A DNA stretch of 64,000 nucleotides from Candidatus Woesearchaeota archaeon (GTDB taxonomy: Archaea > Nanobdellota > Nanobdellia > Pacearchaeales > GW2011-AR1), in contig CAYHPN010000003.1 in NCBI GenBank assembly GCA_964358765.1, positions 43,327 through 107,326 on the forward strand. Reading direction: 5' to 3'. A program made the position numbers and the translations under genes. Position 1 is the stretch's first letter; every line of letters starts with the position of its first letter. This document shows, piece by piece, positions 1 to 8,187 of the stretch. The notes beneath the pieces were generated by a model. It ran no database searches. It worked only from the letters and a program-made list of their open reading frames with translations, and was not told where the DNA came from.

Positions 1-1
1 G

Positions 2-67
2 TTAATAGGTATTGTTGATGAAGAAGGAGATGTTACATATTATGAAATAAGATGGGAAAGGCCATAG
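2..67 (+). CDS. endA: tRNA splicing endonuclease, C-terminal end (partial, runs off window)
   Basis: Frame 2 reads LIGIVDEEGDVTYYEIRWERP*, the typical VDEEGDxTYYE C-terminus of archaeal EndA. Confidence 0.75.
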   Translation, partial: LIGIVDEEGDVTYYEIRWERP

Positions 68-118
68 GCTGAATTTTGATATAAAAATATTTATAACAAG
101 AGGTTTTCTTAGAAGTAA

Positions 119-1144
119 ATGGTTGACATATTAAAAATGAATAGAGATAAGGAAAAGATTTTATCTACAATAAGGATGAGAGGTCCGAGCTTACCTGTTC
201 AAATTTCAAAGAGCAGCGATTTAAGTCCGCTATTTGCATCTGCTTTCTTGTCAGAATTAAAGGGAGAGGAAAAATTAAAAATAAGTGATATGAAAGTGGG
301 AAGCTCTCCACTTTATTATATTCCTGGACAGGAGGCAATGCTTGAAAATTTTGTTCAACATCTAAATCAGAGAGAAAGACAGGCATTTAACCTACTAAAG
401 AATTCAAAAGTGCTTGTAGATTCGTCACTAGAGCCTGTTGTAAGAGTAGCTATGAGGTATATAAAAGATTTTGCAGTTGCGATAAAAGTAAAATATAATA
501 ATGAAGAAAAACTGTTCTGGAAATATTTTATTATTGATGATAAGGAATTTGAAGAAATTGCTAAAGATATTCTAGAAGGAAAAAAGAGACAAAATGATGG
601 AAGGAAAATGGATCTTGGGATTATAAAAGAGGAAAAAAATGAAGTAGTTAATAAAGAAAAATTTGTTGAAAATAGTATTAATATTGAAGAGAAATTAATT
701 GAGAAAAATGAAGAAATTATAAAAGAAAATAAAGAAGAAGGTAAGATCAAACTAAAGAAAAAACTACAAAAAAAAGATATAGTAAAGGAAATTACGAAAA
801 GTAACGAAAAAATTATTGAAAAAGATATGGAAACTGAATTTGGAAAAAATGTTAAAGAATATTTATCTGGAAAGAATGTAGAAATTATAGAAGTTATTTA
901 TGACAAGAAGAAGGAATTTATTGCAAAGATAATGACCGATCATATTTTTGGAAAACAAACTCATTATTTAATTGCCAAAGATAAAAAAATAGTTAGTGAT
1001 AATGACTTAATTGTGGCCTTGCAAAATGCACATGTGGAGAAAATGCCCGCTATTGTTATGTCCAAAGGAGATATTAATAAGAGAGGCAAAGAATATTTAA
1101 CTTTATGGGGAAATTTAGTTAAGTTTGAAAAATTAAAATTCTAA
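119..1144 (+). CDS. Hypothetical protein, possible winged-helix N-terminus and K/E-rich linker
   Basis: 341-aa ORF, GPSLPVQISK...SPLYY N-terminus; TATA-like TTTATAA about 25 nt upstream. Confidence 0.7.
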   Translation: MVDILKMNRDKEKILSTIRMRGPSLPVQISKSSDLSPLFASAFLSELKGEEKLKISDMKVGSSPLYYIPGQEAMLENFVQHLNQRERQAFNLLKNSKVLVDSSLEPVVRVAMRYIKDFAVAIKVKYNNEEKLFWKYFIIDDKEFEEIAKDILEGKKRQNDGRKMDLGIIKEEKNEVVNKEKFVENSINIEEKLIEKNEEIIKENKEEGKIKLKKKLQKKDIVKEITKSNEKIIEKDMETEFGKNVKEYLSGKNVEIIEVIYDKKKEFIAKIMTDHIFGKQTHYLIAKDKKIVSDNDLIVALQNAHVEKMPAIVMSKGDINKRGKEYLTLWGNLVKFEKLKF

Positions 1145-1145
1145 A

Positions 1146-1495
1146 ATGGAGGATAAAAGTCCAGGAAATTTTATTATTGAAAATGAATTGCAGAAGCCTT
1201 CTTTAATATTATTGGAATATTTAGTTAGTAAAAAAGAAGAATTAGTTAGAAGAGTTGATGGAAAGTTTAGATTGAATAAGATTACATTAAGAAAAGTCTT
1301 TGATGAAGGTGTTAGTGAAATGAAATTATCAGGTATGACTATATTGATGTAAATATTTATTGCAAGAGCGTACTAAAGTTTGAGGGAATTATGGGCTTTT
1401 TAGAAGATCAATTTAAAATAATGGATAAAATAGATGATAATGATGAACCTAGAAGATACAAATTTTCAAAGGATGATGCAAGGGGAAATGTTTAA
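1146..1495 (+). pseudogene. Frameshifted hypothetical gene
   Basis: ORF 1146-1352 stops, but a second frame (open from about 1319) continues YDYIDVNIYCKSVLKFEG...ARGNV* to 1495. Confidence 0.45.
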
Positions 1496-1519
1496 ATAAC
1501 CAGATTTTTAAACATTGGA

Positions 1520-1771
1520 ATGGGAAGAATAAAAACAGCATTGGTTAAGAGGAGTGCACAGCAAATGTTTGATGGATCAGAAATATTCAATAACAGCTTT
1601 GAGCATAATAAAAAAATTTTAGGAGATAAAATGCCTTCTAAGTCTGTGAGAAATAAGATTGCAGGACAATTAGTTAATTTATCAAAGAAGAAAAGTGCTC
1701 CTAGAAAAATAAAAAAGATAGAAACAGACTACAAAGAAAGTCAATATGGATCAACAAAGCAGTTTGAATAA
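1520..1771 (+). CDS. rps17e: 30S ribosomal protein S17e
   Basis: MGRIKTALVKR...FEHNKK...SKSVRNKIAG signature. Confidence 0.93.
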   Translation: MGRIKTALVKRSAQQMFDGSEIFNNSFEHNKKILGDKMPSKSVRNKIAGQLVNLSKKKSAPRKIKKIETDYKESQYGSTKQFE

Positions 1772-2126
1772 TGAAGGCAGGGGTTTTGAAGGCCTTAAAG
1801 AGGATAAAAACAATTCTAATAAAAATGATTTGAAAAATGAAAATAGTTATGATAAAAATAGCAATGTTATCTTTGTTGGTGATAAGCCTTTAGTTAATTA
1901 TATCCGGGGAGTAATTACTCAATTTTTAAAGAATGAATCTAAAGAAGTAATAATTAAGTCAAGAGGAAAGTTTATTTCAAAAGCAGTTGATGTAGCAGAA
2001 GTAGCAAAAAGATCATTGCAGGATAAAAATGTAAAAGTTAAAAATATAATTATTTCCAGCGAAAGTTTCCAGAGAGATGGAAAAAAGACAAATATTTCAA
2101 CAATGGATATAGTATTGAGTATGTAA
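1746..2126 (+). CDS. albA: DNA/RNA-binding protein Alba with N-rich N-terminal extension
   Basis: IFVGDKPLVNY...VIIKSRGKFISKAVDVAE...ISTMDIVL Alba motifs. Confidence 0.9.
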   Translation: MDQQSSLNNEGRGFEGLKEDKNNSNKNDLKNENSYDKNSNVIFVGDKPLVNYIRGVITQFLKNESKEVIIKSRGKFISKAVDVAEVAKRSLQDKNVKVKNIIISSESFQRDGKKTNISTMDIVLSM

Positions 2127-2158
2127 ATTAAGGATTTTTAATTTTTAAAATGGAATAA

Positions 2159-2431
2159 TTATTCTTCTTTATCTTTAGCTTTCTTTTTTTCTTGAATTGA
2201 TAAAAGCCTGTCTATCTTTTCTTCAATTCTGATAATATCTTGCTTCATATTTCTAACATCTTTTAACTTTTTTGAATTGAATAATACCATAATTACGTGA
2301 AAAATAAGCCAAATTACAAAAATTACGCCTATTGTTTTTAACCATAATCCTATTTGACCTAAAACTACTAAGATATCGCTTGCTATTTCTGGAGTCTGAG
2401 TTATTGCGTCTACGATATCGCCAAAGGCCAT
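2159..2431 (-). CDS. Small membrane protein
   Basis: 90 aa, hydrophobic helix followed by coiled/basic tail. Confidence 0.6.
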   Translation of the reverse strand: MAFGDIVDAITQTPEIASDILVVLGQIGLWLKTIGVIFVIWLIFHVIMVLFNSKKLKDVRNMKQDIIRIEEKIDRLLSIQEKKKAKDKEE

Positions 2432-2510
2432 ATTTAATTATAGATTTATGGGTTTATTAAACTGTTGTTTGGAACATTTTAAAAAGGCTTTTTTTCTTGT
2501 CAATTGTAAT

Positions 2511-2584
2511 GGCTGCGTAGCTCAGTTGGCTAGAGCGCGTGTCTCATGAGCACGAGGTCGGGAGTTCAATTCTCCCCGCAGCCA
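2511..2584 (+). tRNA. tRNA with CAU anticodon (elongator Met or Ile2)
   Basis: Acceptor GGCTGCG/CGCAGCC, D arm GCTC/GAGC, anticodon stem CGTGT/GCACG with loop CTCATGA, T loop TTCAATT; no encoded CCA, no intron. Confidence 0.92.
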
Positions 2585-2619
2585 TTTTAATTTAATGATT
2601 TTATTCAATATATTTCATA

Positions 2620-3057
2620 ATGGTGAGAATAAATTTAATTGACCCTAAGAATCTTGCAGATCAGCATTTAATTGCAGAATACAATGAAATATTGATGTTA
2701 ATTGGTCATTTGAAAAAACATGGTGTAAAGTCGGATCCTGTGCCAGAAAGTTATTGTCTGGGTAAAGGACATATTACTTTTTTTAAAAATAAACTTCTTT
2801 ATTTGAAGAAAAGACATGGATTAATTAAAAATGAGATGAGGAATAGAGGTTTTAAGACAAATAAGAAGTTAGAAATAAGCAAATATAGTAAAAAGCTGAA
2901 AAATGATTGGAAGCCTGAAAAGAGAGATTATGAAACAATAAAGAAAAGACTAATGGAGAAAATAAATTCTAAACCAAATCATTACAGGCATTATGGGGAG
3001 CATAAAGATAAGAAATTTTTCATTAATTTGATAAATGCTAATAAAATCATGAAATAA
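2620..3057 (+). CDS. Pyrimidine dimer DNA glycosylase (T4 endonuclease V-like)
   Basis: MVRINLIDP..LADQHLIAEYNEI and YCLGKGHITFF motifs of the DenV family. Confidence 0.88.
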   Translation: MVRINLIDPKNLADQHLIAEYNEILMLIGHLKKHGVKSDPVPESYCLGKGHITFFKNKLLYLKKRHGLIKNEMRNRGFKTNKKLEISKYSKKLKNDWKPEKRDYETIKKRLMEKINSKPNHYRHYGEHKDKKFFINLINANKIMK

Positions 3058-3412
3058 TTCTTAATCCATCACTATCTTTTCTTGGCAATATATGAATATG
3101 TGCATGATTGACTACTTGGCCTGCTGGCTCTAAATTATTCATCAAAATATTAAAACCATCTCCTTCTTTATTATCTAAAATCTGCGAACCTATCTTTTTA
3201 GTAAAAGTTAGGAGTTCTTCGCCTAAGTTATTTGGAATATCTAGAAGTGTAACTAAGTGTTTTTTTGAGATAATTAGAGTATGCCCCTTTGCTTTGGGAT
3301 TAGCGTCTAAAAAGGCCATAAAATTATTAGATTCTCCAATAAAATCGGATTTAATTATTCCTTGTGCAATTTTGCAGAAAATGCAATTTTCTTCTATTTT
3401 ATTCATAAACAT
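3047..3412 (-). CDS. HIT family hydrolase
   Basis: CIFCKI, GHTLII, AGQVVNHAHIHILPR histidine triad. Confidence 0.92.
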   Translation of the reverse strand: MFMNKIEENCIFCKIAQGIIKSDFIGESNNFMAFLDANPKAKGHTLIISKKHLVTLLDIPNNLGEELLTFTKKIGSQILDNKEGDGFNILMNNLEPAGQVVNHAHIHILPRKDSDGLRIIS

Positions 3413-3444
3413 TCATAGATGGAGCAGAGATTTAAAGTTTTAGG

Positions 3445-4254
3445 TTAATCCTTAAAAACACTTTTATAAAAAGAATCTTTAAGCAACTCGCGGTTGACTT
3501 TCTCTTTTTTATGGTCAAATCTAAAAAGGCTAGAGATAATTGAAGATTTTTCTTTGTTAAATGTCAGTGCTGCAGAAAGATTATCTATTTCTCTTGAGAA
3601 AGGAGTTTTTTTATGATAAGAAGTAATTGGCATTTTATTGAATAATGCAGGGATTGCATTCTTATCGTCAGGTATTTTTGCTATGACTGGAATATCAGTT
3701 GCCTGCTCTATATCATTTAAAGATAACTCAAATTTTGGGGAGCGAATTTTATTTAGAATTATTCCTGCGATTGGACGACCTCTCTGTTTAGCTAGCTTTG
3801 CAGCTTTTAATGAACATGACAAAGTCGGATAGTCGGGAGTAGAAACAACAAAGAGAAGATCAGAAGCAAGCATTGTTGAGAGGATTTCATCATTTAATGA
3901 TGGAGAAGAATCTAAAATTATATAATCATATTGATTTTTTATTGCTTTAATTTTTTCTTTAAGTTTAAGATGATTTAATTCTGAATTATAAATATAACTT
4001 CCTGGAATGACGTCTACACCGAATTTATTATGTATTGCACTTTTTATGTTGATTTTATTATCTAAGACATGATGTATTGTTTTTTCAGGATCTACTAAAT
4101 CCATATGAAGGCCTAAGTTGGGAGCTGAGAAGTTAGTATCGATGAGAAGAACTTTTTTGTTATATTCATTTGCTAAATTTGCTGCAAGAGAGGAAGATAC
4201 TGTTGTTTTTCCGACGCCTCCTTTTATGGCAATAATGCCTAATGTCTTCACCAT
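3445..4254 (-). CDS. MinD/ParA family ATPase
   Basis: Deviant Walker A KGGVGKT, YDYIILDSSP; start placed at MVKTLG (4254). Confidence 0.88.
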   Translation of the reverse strand: MVKTLGIIAIKGGVGKTTVSSSLAANLANEYNKKVLLIDTNFSAPNLGLHMDLVDPEKTIHHVLDNKINIKSAIHNKFGVDVIPGSYIYNSELNHLKLKEKIKAIKNQYDYIILDSSPSLNDEILSTMLASDLLFVVSTPDYPTLSCSLKAAKLAKQRGRPIAGIILNKIRSPKFELSLNDIEQATDIPVIAKIPDDKNAIPALFNKMPITSYHKKTPFSREIDNLSAALTFNKEKSSIISSLFRFDHKKEKVNRELLKDSFYKSVFKD

Positions 4255-4401
4255 TGATTGACTAATTAAACTGAACTTAAAAATGTTTTGATTTATAAAA
4301 TTGTTGCACTGAATTGCAACAATATCTATGAGAACGAAAAAAGGATAAATTAACAATACTAGGGAGAAAAAAATAATCATACAACATAGCAGATTTTATA
4401 T

Positions 4402-5583
4402 TTATACTTCTTTAGTTTTAAATGAGATTAAAAAGAAAAATACCATATAAACTGCAAATAAAATGAAGAGATATTTGAAATCAAGAACTAACAAAACTGA
4501 GGATGCAATTAATTTTCCAACGAGTATGGTTGTGTTTGAATTGGTATTATACGGGCCGTAATATTTTGTTGTTTCTTTTTTATTAAGAATTTGAAGGAAA
4601 TATGACTCTGTAGTTGGTTCTAAAAATGCTAAACCAAAGCTTGCTATTGAGAGGATAATTAAAATTAAATAAATATTTGAAATAAAGAAACATAATAAAC
4701 AAAGAATGGCAGTTATTAAATAACCAGTGACAAATATTTTTTTAAATCCAATTTTAGAAGTTTTTCTACTTATATAATATTCCGTCATAATTAAAGGAAC
4801 TGAAGTTGCAAAAATGAAATATCCTATGTATTTTGTAGGTAAATTATTATCTTTCATGAAAAGTGGTATAAATAAAAATATGAATGTCCACCATAATTGC
4901 ACTCCGCCACCCACAAGATAAGCAATAACTCTATTTTTGTCTCTAAAATAATCTATAAAGTTTTTTATAATATTTGAGTCTATTTTTTTTGATATTCTTT
5001 TATCTTTTATTGCAGAAATTTTGTAAATGAAATATGCTGCAAAGAAAAATAATGATCCGGCTATAAATACCAAAGAGTAACCATTCTCTGAAGAAAGATA
5101 ACCTGCTAGTAATGGTCCGATTAAGAAAGCAATGTTTGCAAATGTATACATAAGACCCAGGCTTTTAGAAATTGATTTTTTAGGCTGAGTATCTTTTATT
5201 ATTATTCCATTTACTGTTATTCTAATAGATTGTATTATTATTGTTGCAATAGAAATTAAAACAACTGTCGCTAGCGATCTTGTGACAAAAGCAAAAAATA
5301 AGTGAGATATTGCTGTTAAGAATAGTGTAACTGAGAATAATTTACCTTTATCATATTTTTCAACTAGAGGAACAAATGCAAAATAGGAAAAAAATGAGAT
5401 CAGGGTTAATAATGAAGAGATATAACCTGTAGTTGAAGTACTTTTAACAAAACTGTTTAAATATAGGGCCCAGACCGTCATAATAACGGCGTTTCCTAGT
5501 GCTAAGAAAAATCGGATAGATATTAAAGCACCGACACTTTTTGTTTTAGGGACTCCCTCTTTGCGTTTATGTAACAGGCCCAT
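4402..5583 (-). CDS. MFS transporter
   Basis: 393 aa, about 12 hydrophobic segments, GPLLAGYL motif. Confidence 0.85.
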   Translation of the reverse strand: MGLLHKRKEGVPKTKSVGALISIRFFLALGNAVIMTVWALYLNSFVKSTSTTGYISSLLTLISFFSYFAFVPLVEKYDKGKLFSVTLFLTAISHLFFAFVTRSLATVVLISIATIIIQSIRITVNGIIIKDTQPKKSISKSLGLMYTFANIAFLIGPLLAGYLSSENGYSLVFIAGSLFFFAAYFIYKISAIKDKRISKKIDSNIIKNFIDYFRDKNRVIAYLVGGGVQLWWTFIFLFIPLFMKDNNLPTKYIGYFIFATSVPLIMTEYYISRKTSKIGFKKIFVTGYLITAILCLLCFFISNIYLILIILSIASFGLAFLEPTTESYFLQILNKKETTKYYGPYNTNSNTTILVGKLIASSVLLVLDFKYLFILFAVYMVFFFLISFKTKEV

Positions 5584-5625
5584 GGCAGTTGATAGAAAGG
5601 GAAGTTTTTAAAGGCTCTTGGAAAA

Positions 5626-6329
5626 TTAATTATGCTTACATAATGGTGCGATTTCAACTTTAAGTTCTTTTATTATATTCAAAAAAACTGGCCTATCTTT
5701 CAATGATATATTAATATATTTACTTTCTAGCTGAGTTAAACACTGAGTACATTCTTGGAAAGGACAAAAAGGACAACACTCGCTAGAAAGAAGTTTTTTT
5801 AATTTACTTACTTCTATTTTTTTATTTCTTTTTTTCATACCAAGAAGAATACTTGCTGAATCTAAAGAATCTTTGCCATACATTCTTCCTTTCATAACCC
5901 CTCTTCTTAATTTAAGGAAAATTCCTAATTCTGGGCTTATCGAGTATATTAAACCTTGAGAAGTAATTCTTGCCCAAGGAGATTGGAAAGCTTCTTGTGG
6001 AAAATTATAGCCTCTTACATTGTTGTGAAATATTCCCAAGAATATTTCATCTTTATAGGTAAATCCTCCATCTACATCATCATAACCAATTTCTTTAGGG
6101 GATCTTAGATTATAATCTTTATTTAGTCTCTCAAATCCTTCGTCATTAGCAACAAAATCGATTTCTGGATGTCTTTTTCTCAATCGTGGATAACCTGAAA
6201 TTTCTGGCAATGATGTGTTTCCTCCTATGAGAAGTACGCTTCCTTCGTAAGGGCTAGTTAATCTACTTATAGTTTTAAGAAGTTTTTTTCACTTATATTT
6301 TGACTTGCAATTTCTAAAGTTGTTGACAT
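5626..6329 (-). CDS. Putative nucleotidyltransferase-fold protein with a frameshift near the N-terminus
   Basis: Frame extends upstream of the TTG to KLLKTISRLTSPYEGSVLLIGG...R...EIDF (GG..xDxD-like); ATG at 6329 joins it through a -1 shift at an A7 run (6283-6289). Confidence 0.5.
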
Positions 6330-6517
6330 CTTATTTTTCTTAGATGGAAGCAAGAAATGAGTCTTTATAAATTAATTGAGAAAGGTTTTTAAGATTTTTT
6401 AAAATCTTTTTTGTAGAATTTCTCTAACTGAATTGTAGTCTTTATTTTTATAAGGCCTTATATGCATATTATAATTAGATTCAATTGCATTTATAAAGTT
6501 AATATTTTTCAGATTAT

Positions 6518-6600
6518 GGAGTGAGTTATGATCTCATTCCTCTCTTGCTGCGGACCTACTCGCTTATGCTGTGTGGTTCCTCGCTGGCGGAGTAATGAGA
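6518..6600 (+). ncRNA. GC-rich structured leader/ncRNA candidate abutting tRNA-Ala
   Basis: Long imperfect hairpin closed by TCTCATT/AATGAGA ending at tRNA position -1; G-U pairs favour the + strand; TTTATAAA box at 6490-6497. Confidence 0.45.
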
Positions 6601-6672
6601 GGGCCTGTAGTATAACGGTTATTATGTTCGGCTGGCAGTCGAAAGATTTGGGTTCGATTCCCGGCAGGTCCA
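6601..6672 (+). tRNA. tRNA-Ala(GGC)
   Basis: Acceptor GGGCCTG/CAGGTCC with G3:U70, anticodon loop CTGGCAG, T loop TTCGATT. Confidence 0.93.
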
Positions 6673-6747
6673 TTAAGTAAAAATGGAAAAGATAAAAATA
6701 TACGGAACGGGGAATGAAAGAATTAGCGGAGATTATAATGTTAGTTT

Positions 6748-7281
6748 TTATTGAGCTTTCTGCCCAGTTAATTCCTCATATAAATCCAAATATCCTTTAG
6801 AAAACAATTTAACTTCTCCTGCAACCATCTCAAAACCAGAATTTCCATTGTTAAAAGAGGTTTCAATATATTTTTTATCTCTAAGCATCTTCACTCCTTC
6901 AACTTTAGTTGTTATAATTCTTATATCTTCGTTTGTTATACTTCCTTTTAGCACTTTGATGTTTTTATTAGATATTTCTGCGTTATAAATATCATTTTCT
7001 ATAATAAATTCTATTTTAGGAGTCTCTGAAGAGAATGGAGGGTTGTGCAAATTATATGCTTTAATACTTTGAAGTATATACAAAACAAAACCTTCATTAA
7101 ATTTTGCGACTGCTTGTTCATCGCTTAGTCCATCAACTGGATTAGATGGCTTACTTCCCACGTTTCTTCCAGTACTTTTATTTATAGACTTATTATAATA
7201 AGCAAATATTCCTCCAGCGATAATTAATAATATAAACAGAGATATTAGAATTATCAGAAATACTTTCCATCCTTTTTTCAT
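6748..7281 (-). CDS. N-terminally anchored protein, possible SCP2-like domain
   Basis: Basic N-terminus, one TM helix, small alpha/beta domain; SCP2 resemblance is weak. Confidence 0.55.
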   Translation of the reverse strand: MKKGWKVFLIILISLFILLIIAGGIFAYYNKSINKSTGRNVGSKPSNPVDGLSDEQAVAKFNEGFVLYILQSIKAYNLHNPPFSSETPKIEFIIENDIYNAEISNKNIKVLKGSITNEDIRIITTKVEGVKMLRDKKYIETSFNNGNSGFEMVAGEVKLFSKGYLDLYEELTGQKAQ

Positions 7282-7319
7282 ATTCGTAATAAAATAAGAT
7301 ATTTTTTAAATTTATGCAA

Positions 7320-7478
7320 ATGTCAAGAACCCATCACTGAAGTGGCGGGCGTGTTCGGGGTTCTTGATCACCTCAAAAAATTTCATTTTTTGACGGCACA
7401 AAAATCTTTGATTTTTGTTGTGATCAAGATGTTTATCCATACACTTAAGTGTATAGAGTTTGCAAAGCATCTTGACAT
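7320..7478. repeat. Palindromic element family 2, copy 1
   Basis: Terminal IR ATGTCAAGA/TCTTGACAT, two TCAAGA...TCTTGA arms and nested hairpins; same layout at 44244-44350. Confidence 0.7.
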
Positions 7479-7515
7479 CCAAAAGCCTTTTAACCATACT
7501 ATTATTCAAATTGTC

Positions 7516-8127
7516 ATGACAAAAAAACTTAAAATTTTAGCAGCTTCAGATATTCATGGAGATTCAAAGTTAGTAAGAAAATTAGCTGAAAAAGCAGAAA
7601 AAGAAAATGTAGATCTTGTTGTATTATGTGGGGATATAGTTGGCTGGTCAGAAACTAAAGATATTATAAAACCATTTAAAGATAAAGATAAAAGAGTTTT
7701 GATCTTGCCTGGAAACTGGGATAATTTTGCTACAACTGATTTTTTAGCTTCATTTTATGGGGTAAAAAACATACATGGGTATTCTGCAACTTATGGAAAT
7801 ATCGGTTTTTTCGGTGCAGGTGGTGCAGCTGGCTCACCAGGTCCTGGGAGAACAACCGAAAGAGAACTAATGGAAACACTAGAAAAAGCACATTCGGGCC
7901 TTAAAGGAATTGAAAAGAAGATTATGATAACTCATATGCACCCAAGAGGATCTGTTTCAGAATTTTCTGGTTTTGCAGGCTCTGAATCGATAACAAAAGC
8001 TATTAAAAAATTTAAACCAAGCATACTTCTTCATGGTCACATTCATGAAGCGGGCGGTTTTGAAGAAAAAATAGATTCAACAAGAGTTATTAATGTTGGC
8101 AGAGAAGGCAAGATTATTGAGATTTAA
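7516..8127 (+). CDS. Calcineurin-like metallophosphoesterase
   Basis: SDIHG, GD, PGNWD, THMHP, HGHIHE motifs; start at MTKKLK. Confidence 0.9.
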   Translation: MTKKLKILAASDIHGDSKLVRKLAEKAEKENVDLVVLCGDIVGWSETKDIIKPFKDKDKRVLILPGNWDNFATTDFLASFYGVKNIHGYSATYGNIGFFGAGGAAGSPGPGRTTERELMETLEKAHSGLKGIEKKIMITHMHPRGSVSEFSGFAGSESITKAIKKFKPSILLHGHIHEAGGFEEKIDSTRVINVGREGKIIEI

Positions 8128-8187
8128 CAAATTAAAAAACTATAAAAAATAGCTTTAAATACTCTAACCTATCTTCAAATTCCCAAA

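Noticed and set aside
6575..6600. HDV-like (theta) ribozyme, because TCCTCGCTGGCG matches the HDV L3 region
   Set aside because: The flanks (GGT/GGC) cannot form P3, I found no P1/P2 pseudoknot, and theta ribozymes lie 3' of tRNAs
6518..6600. SRP RNA or RNase P RNA
   Set aside because: No SRP helix-8 GNRA/AGCAG motif or RNase P CR-I/CR-V on either strand; too short
7342..7515. N-terminal extension of the metallophosphoesterase, and ORF 7312-7509 (-)
   Set aside because: Both run through the palindromic family 2 element; the real start is likely ATG 7516
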